From: an uncultured Synergistaceae bacterium
GTDB lineage: Bacteria > Synergistota > Synergistia > Synergistales > Dethiosulfovibrionaceae
Direction: 5' to 3'
NCBI GenBank assembly: GCA_964395085.1
Contig: CAYNAN010000005.1
Coordinates: 143 to 64,142, forward strand
DNA: 64,000 bases
The notes below the pieces were generated by a model that saw nothing but the letters and a program-made list of their open reading frames with translations, ran no database searches and was not told where the DNA came from. Shown here one piece after another: positions 18,431 through 28,033 of the stretch; the stretch's first letter is position 1, and each line of letters starts with the position of its first letter. A program made the translations under genes and the position numbers.

Positions 18431-19429
18431 CTAGTGCAACAGCACGTCTACGGAAATCAGGACCATTCCCGCAAGAGACAGAGCCCCAACCTGAGCCCAG
18501 TAAAAACGGGAAGCCTGCCAGATTTTAAGCCGTCCAAAAGAGGTCCTGAGGAAGGTAACGCCGAAAACCGAGACTATAAACACCTTGACCCAAAACCACG
18601 GGAAGTCCACCAATGCCATCAAAGCACCTGATAACCCTAAAGCTCCGCCTAGGGAAAAGGGGAAGAACAAACTTACTACTAGGGCAGAGATGGCGGCGCA
18701 CTTGAGGTTGAAGGCCACGTGAAGCAAAGCCAGATTAACACCGGAGTACTCCACCGTAACGCCCTCCAGTATCTCAGTCTTGGCCTCTGGAATGTCCATC
18801 AACCCCTTCCCAGTCTCCCCCGGGATGACGGTTAGGAGAGCTATGAAAAGGCAGATAAGCCCCAAAAATCCGGCCCTGCCCACGACGGACCACATAGACG
18901 TGGCAACATAGGTCTCCAGGGAGAAAGGATGTCCCGGTATCCCGAGACGATACACGAACCAAGCAAGGGTTGACACCACAACGGCAAGGGGTAGTTCGTA
19001 GCTCATCATGAGCACCATCTCCCTCTGAGCTCCCACGTTAGCGATGGGAGATCCGCTTGCAAACCCACCTATAGCAACCGCCACGCCAGAGAGGCTCAGG
19101 AGGTACAGAATCAGGATTATATCCCCTCTACCGCTCAAAACCGGAGGGATAGAGCCCATCGGAACGTAGAGAAATACCATCATCGTCGCAACTACCGCCA
19201 CTATCGGACCACCGTTGAAGAAAACCGGGTTGGCCCAACGGGGCACTATGTTCTCCTTACCTAAGAGCTTAAGTATATCGTACACAGGCTGAAGGAGAGG
19301 TGGCCCTATCCTTCGCTGCATCACGGCATGAAGCTTTCGGTCAACCCCCTCGAAAAGGACAGCCAGGACCGTCGCCAGGAGCATAATAGCCACTCCGGCC
19401 ACGGATCTCATGATAAAACCTAAAATCAT
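18431..19429 (-). CDS. mbhM: Membrane-bound hydrogenase subunit MbhM (NuoH/HycD-like)
   Basis: The 332-aa polytopic membrane protein has NuoH-like sequence and overlaps the mbhL stop by 4 nt. Confidence 0.88.
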   Translation of the reverse strand: MILGFIMRSVAGVAIMLLATVLAVLFEGVDRKLHAVMQRRIGPPLLQPVYDILKLLGKENIVPRWANPVFFNGGPIVAVVATMMVFLYVPMGSIPPVLSGRGDIILILYLLSLSGVAVAIGGFASGSPIANVGAQREMVLMMSYELPLAVVVSTLAWFVYRLGIPGHPFSLETYVATSMWSVVGRAGFLGLICLFIALLTVIPGETGKGLMDIPEAKTEILEGVTVEYSGVNLALLHVAFNLKCAAISALVVSLFFPFSLGGALGLSGALMALVDFPWFWVKVFIVSVFGVTFLRTSFGRLKIWQASRFYWAQVGALSLAGMVLISVDVLLH

Positions 19430-20667
19430 GACCCCATCATCCTCCTTGTCCTGTCGGTCTTATCCCTGCAAAGTTTCATCAGATCGGCCTTTGTGACCAC
19501 AGACTTAGCCCCGGTTCCCTTGTCCGAGAGGATCATCCTCTCCATGCAGGATATGCAGGGATCGATGCTGTTTATTATGAGAGGAGCATCGGCGAGCTCG
19601 TTACCTCTGAACATCAGCGGCCACGACACGGCGTTGCTGTAGGTCGGGGCACGAACCTTCCACCACAGGATATTCTCCTGTTGGGCCTTGAGTCCAACTA
19701 CGTGGGTATCGTCTCCTCTTGGAGCCTCTATACAGCCGTATCCGACCCCCTCAGCCTTCTTTAGGGTCATAAGGAGCTTGTTGACCTTCGGCTCGGAGGT
19801 TATGTCTCCCTCAGGAAGTCCCTCAAGTATCTTCTCAAGGATGTCCAGGGACTGAAGGACCTCGTAGACCCTGACGAGGAAACGGTCGTAGACGTCTCCG
19901 TGAACCTCCCCTGTGTAATCCTGAGGGACTATCGGCTCCACCGGTATATCGCAGTAAGCGTCGTAGGGATTTGACCAGCGCATGTCGGTCCTGACCCCGC
20001 TGCCTCTAGCGGTTGGACCAAGAGCGCAGTATTTTATGGCCTCCTCTGTGGTGAGTACACCCACGTCCCGGAGCCTGGCCTTTACGACAGGATCGTTTAT
20101 GGCGGCCTCGTAGAAGGAGCCAAACTCGTTTCTGTAATAGTGGATCATATCCCACACGGTCCTGGCTACCTCTGGTGTGATGTCCCACCGGACACCACCG
20201 ACGGTAGTCACAGCGTAGTTAACCCTGTTCCCGGTCAGGACCTCTAGCACGTCCATGACTTTCTCCCTGAGCATCATCCCAAGATGGAAGGCGCTGTCGA
20301 ACCCTATCGTGTAGCAGGCAACCCCCGACCACAATATGTGAGAGTGTATTCTCTCGAGCTCCAGCACCATAGAGCGTATGTACTGGGCCCTGGGCGGAAC
20401 AGCGATGTCCGCAGCGTCCTCCACAGCCTTGACAAAGGCTATGGCGTGGCTGAAGGAGCATATACCGCAGATCCTCTCGGAGAGGTATATCACCTGGATG
20501 GGGTTCCTCTCCCTCGCCATAAACTCGATGCCGCGATGGATCGCCCCAGGCCTTATCACGGCGTTCTTTATCCTCTCCCCCTCTATGTCCAGCCAGGCGG
20601 TAATGGGCTCTTTAAGCCCGACGTGAACCGGACCGATAGGGAGCTTGTAGGTTTTTGTCTCGCTCAT
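19426..20667 (-). CDS. mbhL: Group 4 [NiFe] hydrogenase large subunit MbhL (NuoD-like)
   Basis: The 413-aa ORF has the N-terminal Ni-binding motif RICGICSFSH and the C-terminal motif DPCISCMER. Confidence 0.93.
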   Translation of the reverse strand: MSETKTYKLPIGPVHVGLKEPITAWLDIEGERIKNAVIRPGAIHRGIEFMARERNPIQVIYLSERICGICSFSHAIAFVKAVEDAADIAVPPRAQYIRSMVLELERIHSHILWSGVACYTIGFDSAFHLGMMLREKVMDVLEVLTGNRVNYAVTTVGGVRWDITPEVARTVWDMIHYYRNEFGSFYEAAINDPVVKARLRDVGVLTTEEAIKYCALGPTARGSGVRTDMRWSNPYDAYCDIPVEPIVPQDYTGEVHGDVYDRFLVRVYEVLQSLDILEKILEGLPEGDITSEPKVNKLLMTLKKAEGVGYGCIEAPRGDDTHVVGLKAQQENILWWKVRAPTYSNAVSWPLMFRGNELADAPLIINSIDPCISCMERMILSDKGTGAKSVVTKADLMKLCRDKTDRTRRMMGS

Positions 20668-20676
20668 GATAGCCTC

Positions 20677-21225
20677 CTAGGAAAGCTCTTCAATCAGGTC
20701 GTCACCAGGAGCGGTTTCGTCCCTGCGCCAGGGTAGGACGTCCCTGTTCCAATCCTCGGGAAGGAATACAAGCCCCTTATTGGGCAACCCTATGTGATCC
20801 ACCCCGAACATCTCCTGGATCTCCCTCTCGCTGTATTCGACCCCGGGTATCCTGCTGAAAAGGGACTGAACCGTGAGATCGTCCTTAGGGATCTTTACCT
20901 TCACTGTGACAGGAAGGGAGATCCCTCTGCCCACAGCCCTATAGAGGGCGAGGTGATAGTAAAGAACGACGTTGTCCCCCTCGTCATCCCCTGAAACCAC
21001 GTGAAAATGGGGGAAGTCCAGTCTACCCAGCTCGTCCACAAAGTCCAGAAGCCTATCCTTTTCCACAGAGAGCCAAAGGTGTCGACCGGTTACCTCTCCT
21101 GAGGCTCCCTGAGAGAACTCCCTTATCTCGAAGTCCGAAACCGACTCACCGAGAGCAGCCCTGAGCCTTTGGACTATCTCCTCCGGTTCCAGAACCGTTC
21201 TGTCTTTATCGATGTAACACTCCAT
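20677..21225 (-). CDS. mbhK: Membrane-bound hydrogenase subunit MbhK (NuoC-like)
   Basis: The 182-aa ORF has a NuoC/HycE-N-like sequence and lies between the small- and large-subunit genes. Confidence 0.85.
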   Translation of the reverse strand: MECYIDKDRTVLEPEEIVQRLRAALGESVSDFEIREFSQGASGEVTGRHLWLSVEKDRLLDFVDELGRLDFPHFHVVSGDDEGDNVVLYYHLALYRAVGRGISLPVTVKVKIPKDDLTVQSLFSRIPGVEYSEREIQEMFGVDHIGLPNKGLVFLPEDWNRDVLPWRRDETAPGDDLIEELS

Positions 21226-21228
21226 ATA

Positions 21229-21687
21229 TCAAGCACCTGCCTTCTGAAGAAGCTCTTTTCTCTTTTCCTCAAGCTTCATCACAGCTTTAGCGGCTCCCTC
21301 TATGATAGCCTCCGGTCTGGGAGGGCATCCGTGGACATAGACGTCCACCGGAATCACCTTATCGACGGGACCGACCAGGTTGTAGGATTTAAAGTAAACG
21401 TCCCCGGAACAGGCGCAGTTCCCTATGGCTATGACCACCTTTGGATCGGGAATCTGGGCGTATATGCGCTCCAGCTTGGGCTTCATAAACCTGGTCACAG
21501 GTCCGGTGACCAGCAGAACGTCAGCGTGACGTGGGGTTCCTGTGAGCTTCATCCCCAACCTCTCGATGTCGTATCTAGGGGAGATCGTGGAGACTATCTC
21601 TATGTCGCATCCGTTACAGGAACCGGAGTTGGTGCAGAAAACCCAAAGGGACTTGGGCATAACCTGTAGCATGGTCTCTAGCTTCAT
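21229..21687 (-). CDS. mbhJ: Group 4 [NiFe] hydrogenase small subunit MbhJ (NuoB-like)
   Basis: The 152-aa ORF carries NuoB-type cysteines: CNGCDIE, GNCACSG and GCPPRPE. Confidence 0.92.
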   Translation of the reverse strand: MKLETMLQVMPKSLWVFCTNSGSCNGCDIEIVSTISPRYDIERLGMKLTGTPRHADVLLVTGPVTRFMKPKLERIYAQIPDPKVVIAIGNCACSGDVYFKSYNLVGPVDKVIPVDVYVHGCPPRPEAIIEGAAKAVMKLEEKRKELLQKAGA

Positions 21688-21700
21688 CTGTAGTTTCCTC

Positions 21701-22039
21701 CTAAAGGATAGTCAGGATCAGCACTATCGTGGTGGTGATTACAAACCATCCAACGTACTCGGACATATTCCCGGAGTGGAACTCGACCATCCTATCGTAA
21801 TAGGGCTTGAATGCGGTACGAAATCCCCAGTAGGAGGAGCTTGCTGGGACGGTGATGTCCGCGCTGTCGTCTGGAAGATCGTTTCCGGAGAAATATATCT
21901 GGTCCTGCTCCGTCCCTTTCTTGTAGTCCTGACGCCCCTGGGATCTGAACCACAGGGAGATGGCCAAAGCCATTACGAAAAAGGTGATCCAGCTTCCGAA
22001 ATCCCAGAAACCAAAACCGGTAAAAAGGCTGCCGAACAT
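21701..22039 (-). CDS. mbhI: Membrane-bound hydrogenase subunit MbhI (small membrane subunit)
   Basis: The 112-aa ORF has two hydrophobic segments. Its position and size match MbhI (115 aa in Pyrococcus furiosus, from memory). Confidence 0.7.
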   Translation of the reverse strand: MFGSLFTGFGFWDFGSWITFFVMALAISLWFRSQGRQDYKKGTEQDQIYFSGNDLPDDSADITVPASSSYWGFRTAFKPYYDRMVEFHSGNMSEYVGWFVITTTIVLILTIL

Positions 22040-23604
22040 CAGAGAACACCCCCCATAACGGCGCCGACATAAGCTCCCTTGTCTACCAAAGCTGTCGCTG
22101 CTGGCTCGATCAGGTTCGATATCACCCAGGTCGGGAACAGCGAAAGGGCCAGTATAACCACCGTTATTACCGCCATCCCTGCTATCATCGAACCGGGAAC
22201 CTCCCTGACCCTCTTAAACTCGGTTTTCTCAGGACCAAGAAACGCGCTCTGGAACACCTTTACGAAGGAGGCCAGAGTGAGTATGGACGTGACCAAAGCC
22301 ACCACGGTAAGGGCCGGATGGACGGCGAAGGAGGACTGATAGATCATCAGCTTGGACACGAAACCGTTGAAAGGCGGCACGCCGGAGATCGCAGCAGCAG
22401 CGATGAAGAACATCACTGTGGTGATGGGCATCCTCCTGGAGAGGCCTCCCATCTTGTCCAGATCCCTGGTTCCTGTTACGTAATAGAGAGCCCCAGCAGC
22501 GAGAAAGAGCATGCCCTTGTACATCATGTAGTTAATCATATGGAAGATGCCGCCCTTGATGGACGTCATTCCGTAATCCGCCATCTCGCTTGGATTCGCC
22601 AAGGTCAAAAAGCCCACGCCGAAGGCCATCAGCATATAGCCGACCTGCGACACCGAGTGGTATCCCATAAGCCTTTTCACCTCGTGCTGGACCACCGCCA
22701 TGGTCACGCCGAAGAACATGGACATGACCCCGAGGACTATCAGAGACCAGGATATAACCGGAATCGCCATGGTTGCCCCAAATATGGAAAAAAGTATCCT
22801 GCACAGGACAACCAAGGAGGCCTGGCTTACAACCACCAAAAGCACCGTCACAGAGGCAGGAGCCTCCGCGTAGGCATCCGGCATCCACATGTGCATGGGG
22901 AAAGCTCCACACTTCATGGCCAAGGACACCACGAGGAACACCAGAGCGATCTTCTCCGCTAGCCCGGGCTGCATGGCGTTGCCCAAAGCAGCCATGTTCA
23001 GCAGGTTGTAACGACCATAGAGGAAACCGGCGGCCAAAAGCACCATCATCCCAGCTACCTGAGACAGCAGCATGTACTTAAACGACGCCTCGATACACTC
23101 AGGACGATCCCTCCAATAGGCTATCAGGCCAAAGGAGGCGACCGAGGCTATCTCCAGGAAGACGAAGAAGTTGAACAGGTCTCCTGTTAGGACCATTCCG
23201 AGCATCCCAGCGGTCAACAGGAAGTAAAGCGCCATATACCAGTTTTTGCCGGTGAATCGGTCGACGAACTTCAGGCCGAAAAGCACCCCAGCCAGGGAGG
23301 CAAAACAACCTATGACCGCGATTAAAGAGTTAAAAGAATCCACCTCTAGAATTATTCTAACCGGATAGGCAAGACCCATAGGAAGGGTCAGGTTCCAGGA
23401 GGTCTCCCCCATGACGTAGACCATTATCCCCTCAGCGGCAACCTGGAAGAACAACATAAGGGACAAAGACGTCAGAGCCACTGAAACCAGAACGGACCAT
23501 ATCGAACGGGCCCTGTTGCCACCCAAAGCGACAATAGGCGTACAGATAGCCCCCAAAAGGGGCACTGCCAGCATCAAAGCGGGCAGATGAACGGTCCAGC
23601 TCAT
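22039..23604 (-). CDS. mbhH: Membrane-bound hydrogenase subunit MbhH (Mrp MnhD / NuoL-M-N-like antiporter subunit)
   Basis: The 521-aa polytopic protein belongs to the NuoL/MnhD-type proton-conducting family. Confidence 0.88.
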   Translation of the reverse strand: MSWTVHLPALMLAVPLLGAICTPIVALGGNRARSIWSVLVSVALTSLSLMLFFQVAAEGIMVYVMGETSWNLTLPMGLAYPVRIILEVDSFNSLIAVIGCFASLAGVLFGLKFVDRFTGKNWYMALYFLLTAGMLGMVLTGDLFNFFVFLEIASVASFGLIAYWRDRPECIEASFKYMLLSQVAGMMVLLAAGFLYGRYNLLNMAALGNAMQPGLAEKIALVFLVVSLAMKCGAFPMHMWMPDAYAEAPASVTVLLVVVSQASLVVLCRILFSIFGATMAIPVISWSLIVLGVMSMFFGVTMAVVQHEVKRLMGYHSVSQVGYMLMAFGVGFLTLANPSEMADYGMTSIKGGIFHMINYMMYKGMLFLAAGALYYVTGTRDLDKMGGLSRRMPITTVMFFIAAAAISGVPPFNGFVSKLMIYQSSFAVHPALTVVALVTSILTLASFVKVFQSAFLGPEKTEFKRVREVPGSMIAGMAVITVVILALSLFPTWVISNLIEPAATALVDKGAYVGAVMGGVL

Positions 23605-23981
23605 CCTCTCAACCTCCTGATCTCTCTAACATCCAGGGTTCCATAATGACGGTACAGCATGACTATCAAAGAAAGCATGAGGGCCGACGACGCAAAGGCG
23701 ATAACTATGGCAGTCAGCGTCATCGCCTGAGGGGTGGGCAGAACGTACATATCCACCGGTCCAGGCAGGAAATGAATCGGTATATCTCCCTCAAAACGGT
23801 AGCCCAGGGCCACCAGAAACAGGTTGGCAGCGGACTCCATAAGGCTGACGCCAATAGCTATTTTTATGAGGTTGTTCTCCACGATAACAGCGATCAACCC
23901 CATTAGAAATAGCAACCCAACCACGAAGAAAGGAAAATTAGCTGTCATAACCGGTCTCCTTTCCGCTATCGCCAGCCACAT
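23601..23981 (-). CDS. mbhG: Membrane-bound hydrogenase subunit MbhG (MnhC/NuoK-like)
   Basis: The 126-aa, 3-TM protein has a 4-nt overlap with mbhH. Confidence 0.8.
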   Translation of the reverse strand: MWLAIAERRPVMTANFPFFVVGLLFLMGLIAVIVENNLIKIAIGVSLMESAANLFLVALGYRFEGDIPIHFLPGPVDMYVLPTPQAMTLTAIVIAFASSALMLSLIVMLYRHYGTLDVREIRRLRG

Positions 23982-24423
23982 CAGTCATCATCCACCGGAA
24001 CATGACTATGAGAATAATAGTCAGAGCACCGGCTACCTCTATCCCCACAGCCAGGTCCATCAGACCGATGGTTCCAGAGAGAGGGATAACACCGTGAACC
24101 ATGTTTACCGCTACGTCATGAGGAACTGACAGGAAGTTGTACATAAGGGTACCATGAGGAATACCGCTTAGTCCCAGCGTGATGAAGAGGAGCAGGCCAA
24201 AGAACATCAGCGACCAATACACAGCCAGCTTGACCCAGTCAAGTACCCTCTTACCTCCGTGAGCGACCAAGAGCAGGGCCATAAACGACGCCACTATAGC
24301 CCCTCCCTGGAAGCCTCCACCGGGGGTGACATCTCCGTGTACTATGACGTATACACCAAATATGACCAAAAACCAGGCAAAAAGATCACATACCGTCCTG
24401 GCTACGATGGACAAAGGCTTCAA
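23938..24423 (-). CDS. mbhF: Membrane-bound hydrogenase subunit MbhF (MnhB-like)
   Basis: The 161-aa membrane protein has MnhB-like sequence and the correct operon position. Confidence 0.78.
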   Translation of the reverse strand: MKPLSIVARTVCDLFAWFLVIFGVYVIVHGDVTPGGGFQGGAIVASFMALLLVAHGGKRVLDWVKLAVYWSLMFFGLLLFITLGLSGIPHGTLMYNFLSVPHDVAVNMVHGVIPLSGTIGLMDLAVGIEVAGALTIILIVMFRWMMTDVAGDSGKETGYDS

Positions 24424-24426
24424 GGC

Positions 24427-24696
24427 CTAGTTCCCCCCTCTCCTGAAAAGAGCCACAACGGAGCACAGGGCGGTGAAAAGCACCGCAGACTCCCCTAGCG
24501 TGTCAAATCCACGATAATCGAACACTATAGAGGTAACTATGTTCTCCGCAGATCTGTCCTTTAGAGCATGGTTCAGGAAATAATCGTCCATTCCGACGAA
24601 ACCAGGCAGACCAAAGGGATGGACGTTATCGAGTCCGGTCATGGCTATCCCCCCAAGGACAAGGGTAGCAGCGACGAAAATAGCCTTAAGCTTCAT
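24427..24696 (-). CDS. mbhE: Membrane-bound hydrogenase subunit MbhE
   Basis: The 89-aa ORF has an N-terminal TM helix. The motif FDYRGFDTLGE is typical of MnhB-N/MbhE-like proteins. Confidence 0.75.
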   Translation of the reverse strand: MKLKAIFVAATLVLGGIAMTGLDNVHPFGLPGFVGMDDYFLNHALKDRSAENIVTSIVFDYRGFDTLGESAVLFTALCSVVALFRRGGN

Positions 24697-24950
24697 CTTC
24701 GTCCCCTCCTGTCCTTTTTCAGACGATCGACCCCGAACAGGGCAAACAGGAAAACAGCGGTATTCAGGGCCGCACCTATACCTGCTTCAGCGATGGCAAC
24801 GTCCGGAGCTTGTAGGATGTAGAACTCAAGGGACAAAAGCAGGCTGAAAGCGCCCAAGCTTATGACGGAGTAAAGAAGGTCCCTGAACCAAAGGGAGTAA
24901 AATCCGGTCACCAGAAGAAGGATCAGGTTTGTTATGTGAAAAAAGGTCAT
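24693..24950 (-). CDS. mbhD: Membrane-bound hydrogenase subunit MbhD
   Basis: I place the start at the ATG at 24948-24950, giving MTFFHITNLILLLVTGFYSLWF... (85 aa). This forms an ATGA overlap with the mbhC stop. The longer track ORF (to 25211) would overlap mbhC in another frame. Confidence 0.72.
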   Translation of the reverse strand: MTFFHITNLILLLVTGFYSLWFRDLLYSVISLGAFSLLLSLEFYILQAPDVAIAEAGIGAALNTAVFLFALFGVDRLKKDRRGRR

Positions 24951-25330
24951 CTGTCCAGTCCCTCCTTGAGCAACAGCTCGTCTCTCTCTGCCAGGCTGTC
25001 CACGACGGCATCTTTGGGAAAGGCCTTGCTCCTGTGGGCGGCTCTGGCCAGCACGTGAGCACCTGTGGCGTTGCTTATCAGAAGCGCAACTACAGCTATC
25101 ACCACGTGAAGCGCCAAGACTGAGAAGCGGACCTCGCCGGACTGTAGCCTCCTGATGATGGCGTAGAGAACCACTCCAAAGGCGAGGGAGATAGTCCCAA
25201 AAGTGGTGCACTTGGTCGAGCCGTGCATCCTGGTGTACACGTCGGGGAACCTGTAAAGGGATATAGTCCCCAGAGTATTGATCAAAAGCCCCAAGAACAT
25301 GAAAATAGCCGGGAAGAAATACCAGCCCAC
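24947..25330 (-). CDS. mbhC: Membrane-bound hydrogenase subunit MbhC (MnhG-like)
   Basis: The 127-aa, 3-TM protein has MnhG-like sequence (LYRFPDVYTRMHGSTK). Confidence 0.82.
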   Translation of the reverse strand: MGWYFFPAIFMFLGLLINTLGTISLYRFPDVYTRMHGSTKCTTFGTISLAFGVVLYAIIRRLQSGEVRFSVLALHVVIAVVALLISNATGAHVLARAAHRSKAFPKDAVVDSLAERDELLLKEGLDR

Positions 25331-25331
25331 G

Positions 25332-25598
25332 CTACTTCCCCCTCTCCTCTATGTATCTCGCGATGAACATGGTGCTGACGAACGAAAGCCCAGCGTAAAC
25401 TATAGCGACATCCACCATGACAACAGATTCAAAGTGGACCGCCAGGACGATCATAATCCCGATTACCAGGGTATTTATGGCGTCCAGAGCGACGGCCCTG
25501 TCGGCACCTGTGGGCCCCATTATTAGCCTTCCTGTCATGAGCAGGATAAGAAGGACCATAAAACCCGCCACGAAGCCGAAAAAACCGATCATAGTCAT
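25332..25598 (-). CDS. mbhB: Membrane-bound hydrogenase subunit MbhB (MnhF-like)
   Basis: The 88-aa, 3-TM protein is MnhF-like (GPTGADRAVALDAINT). Confidence 0.82.
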   Translation of the reverse strand: MTMIGFFGFVAGFMVLLILLMTGRLIMGPTGADRAVALDAINTLVIGIMIVLAVHFESVVMVDVAIVYAGLSFVSTMFIARYIEERGK

Positions 25599-26083
25599 TC
25601 AGCTAACCTCCTCGCCCATTCTCCAAAGGATCCGTAGACCGCCTCCCCGGAGGGCTCCTTATCGGTCACGTTTATCCAGTGAACGTAGAAGACGCCGGTG
25701 TCCTCCTCAACCTCCACTGTTAGGGTCCCGGGGGTCAGGGTTATGGCATTGGCCAATAGAGTCTTCGACATTTCTCCCGTTAATTTTGTATCGACTTTAA
25801 CTATTCCAGGATTTATATTTCCTGTTATTATTCTTATAGCAACGTCGATATTGGACTTGACCATGGCCACCATAAAGGGACCAAACATAAAGTAAACAAA
25901 GCCAAGCCACCTGATTGGATTGAGTCCGGCAAGGCCAAAATGCCTCGCATGACTGCGGCTTCTGACTGAGAGCGCCAACACCGTAGAGATTACGAGAGCA
26001 ATTCCAAACTCAAACGGTGGTATACCTCCCCCAGACCATACAAGCAGAAGGTACATAAAAAAGGAGAGCACAAAAACGAACAC
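25595..26083 (-). CDS. mbhA: Membrane-bound hydrogenase subunit MbhA (MnhE-like)
   Basis: The 162-aa MnhE-like protein is the first gene of the 14-gene operon and overlaps mbhB by 4 nt. Confidence 0.8.
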   Translation of the reverse strand: MFVFVLSFFMYLLLVWSGGGIPPFEFGIALVISTVLALSVRSRSHARHFGLAGLNPIRWLGFVYFMFGPFMVAMVKSNIDVAIRIITGNINPGIVKVDTKLTGEMSKTLLANAITLTPGTLTVEVEEDTGVFYVHWINVTDKEPSGEAVYGSFGEWARRLAE

Positions 26084-26204
26084 CTAGACACCTCCTCAAA
26101 GAAATAAGGCAGCTTACGCCTAACGACGTTGACCTACCGCACTTTTTATACAGCCTAAAAGGTCAAAAGTAAAAAACGTTCACAACTTCACATTCCCCTC
26201 CAAA

Positions 26205-26393
26205 TCACCACCTAGCACCGCATCTATCGCAACCCCAAAGACAGGAGTCTTTGCCGGGAAGATTCGGCCCGCCATAGAGAGCCTCTCCTCTTTCGACCGC
26301 ATAAGCTAGGTCGAAAGGCAGATATCCCCAATAGACCGGCAAAGCCCTCCCCACACCACAAAATGGACACGTAGGGATCTCTTTTGAGTCCAT
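26205..26393 (-). CDS. Small zinc-ribbon protein (hypothetical)
   Basis: The ~62-aa ORF starts at the ATG at 26393, with AGGGGGTG 7 nt upstream. It has two cysteine pairs, CPFCG and CDRCG, and lies upstream of and co-oriented with mbhA. Confidence 0.45.
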   Translation of the reverse strand: MDSKEIPTCPFCGVGRALPVYWGYLPFDLAYAVERGEALYGGPNLPGKDSCLWGCDRCGARW

Positions 26394-26544
26394 CGCCAAC
26401 ACCCCCTGATTGCTCTATGTAGACATTATACATGTAACGACAAGAATCTGGGAAAGGAAATAAGTCTTTTTGGCGATACCGATCCCACTGTGATATGCTC
26501 TCTCCATCATGCGATACAAATCGAAGATATCAGGAGGAACAAGT

Positions 26545-27822
26545 ATGACCGACGACATAAAGAGGGCCAATCGTTACAGATGGGCCGTGTGGGGTTCTAT
26601 GGTTTTGGCCTACATGGTGGTCTTTTTCCATCGCCTGGCCGCAGGGGTTGTGAGGGCTGACATAACCGAGGCCTTCAACCTCACACCATCTGCCTTTGGA
26701 AACATGGCATCGGCCTATTTTTACGCCTACATGGTGATGCAGATCCCGGTAGGGATGATGGCGGATTCCCTTGGAGCAAGGATGACTGTCTCCATAGGGA
26801 TGCTCCTAGCTGGGACCGGCTCCATCGTTTTTGGCATGGCCTCCACCCCTTTTTGGCTACTTGCAGGCCGTTTTTTGGTTGGGATAGGAGTATCGACCGT
26901 GTTTATCTCCATATTGAAGATACAGTCCCAGTGGTTTAGGGAGAGAGAGTTTGGGACAATGTCCGGCCTGACGTCCTTCGTGGGCAATATGGGAGGGGTA
27001 CTGGCCCAGGCCCCGCTGGCCCTTTTGGTTGGGATTTTCAGCTGGAGGGCTTCTTTCGTAACCATAGGGATAGGAACCCTTCTGATAGCCCTTCTATGCT
27101 GGGCCGTTATCAGAAACAAACCGGAGGATAAGGGCTATCCCTCCATATCGGAGCAGAGCGATAGTAAAAAGATCGCCCCTCTGCCTCTAATGCAATCGCT
27201 AAAGATATCTGCCTCAAACTGGAGGATCTGGCCGGTGTTCGTGTTCTTCGGCTGTTATAGCGGCGTATATCTGGCCTTCTCCGGCACCTGGGGGACACCC
27301 TATTTACAGGATGTCTATCATATGACCGTAGGTCAGGCTTCGTCTATAGTTTCCTACGCGGTCTATGGGACCATAATCGGAGGCCTTTCCGCCGGTACAA
27401 TCTCGGACAAACTAGGGCTGAGAAAGACGCCGCTGGTGATAATGAATTTGGTCGCCACCTTGGTATGGTTTGCGATAGTGGTGCTGTGGAAGGGCATGCC
27501 CCCCGTGATGGTCCTGCGACCACTCTTCTTCATGGCCGGCTTCTCGGCCACCTCCTACGTCATATCCTGGGCGATCATCAAGGAGATAAACCACCCTCAG
27601 TCCACAGGGGTGGCTATAGCTTTGGTAAATACCGGGGCCTTTTTGGGAAGTGCCCTCATAACCACCTTTATGGGCAAGGTCCTGGAGAACCTTTCCCAAC
27701 TGCCAGCTCAGGCGAGATTCAACTCAGCTCTATGGATATGCCTTGGGGCGACGATGCTGGGCCTCCTCTGTTCTTTCCTGTTTCCCGAGACCCGTTGCCG
27801 AAACACCTATGATAACCCTTGA
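26545..27822 (+). CDS. MFS transporter
   Basis: The protein has 12 predicted TM helices and MFS-like loop motifs. I prefer the ATG at 26545, which has AGGAGG 7 nt upstream, over the track start at 26509. Confidence 0.85.
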   Translation: MTDDIKRANRYRWAVWGSMVLAYMVVFFHRLAAGVVRADITEAFNLTPSAFGNMASAYFYAYMVMQIPVGMMADSLGARMTVSIGMLLAGTGSIVFGMASTPFWLLAGRFLVGIGVSTVFISILKIQSQWFREREFGTMSGLTSFVGNMGGVLAQAPLALLVGIFSWRASFVTIGIGTLLIALLCWAVIRNKPEDKGYPSISEQSDSKKIAPLPLMQSLKISASNWRIWPVFVFFGCYSGVYLAFSGTWGTPYLQDVYHMTVGQASSIVSYAVYGTIIGGLSAGTISDKLGLRKTPLVIMNLVATLVWFAIVVLWKGMPPVMVLRPLFFMAGFSATSYVISWAIIKEINHPQSTGVAIALVNTGAFLGSALITTFMGKVLENLSQLPAQARFNSALWICLGATMLGLLCSFLFPETRCRNTYDNP

Positions 27823-28003
27823 CGTATCGATAAACTTCGTGGTATAAAGTGCCTCAACTTCGCGATACCGTTTGACCAAAAATTCTACAGAGAGCAGGCT
27901 ACCAGATGACTCGCATACACAACGCCAACTTCTTCTTTAGCTTTACCAGCGTGGGTCCCGACAGGGGATCGACGCCTTTTTGGCGTTGACCTTGATTCTG
28001 TTC

Positions 28004-28033
28004 GGGGCCCCTCATTGGAGGGGCCCCTTTTTT
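28004..28033 (+). terminator. Strong intrinsic terminator in the MFS/paaK-like intergenic region
   Basis: GGGGCCCCTC-ATTG-GAGGGGCCCC forms a perfect 10-bp stem followed by TTTTTT. It lies ~180 nt after the MFS stop and 45 nt before the next start codon. Confidence 0.8.

Noticed and set aside
24693-25211. A 172-aa version of the MbhD ORF.
   Set aside because: Its N-terminal 87 codons overlap mbhC out of frame and are arginine- and serine-rich. The internal ATG at 24950 gives an 85-aa hydrophobic protein with an ATGA junction to mbhC.
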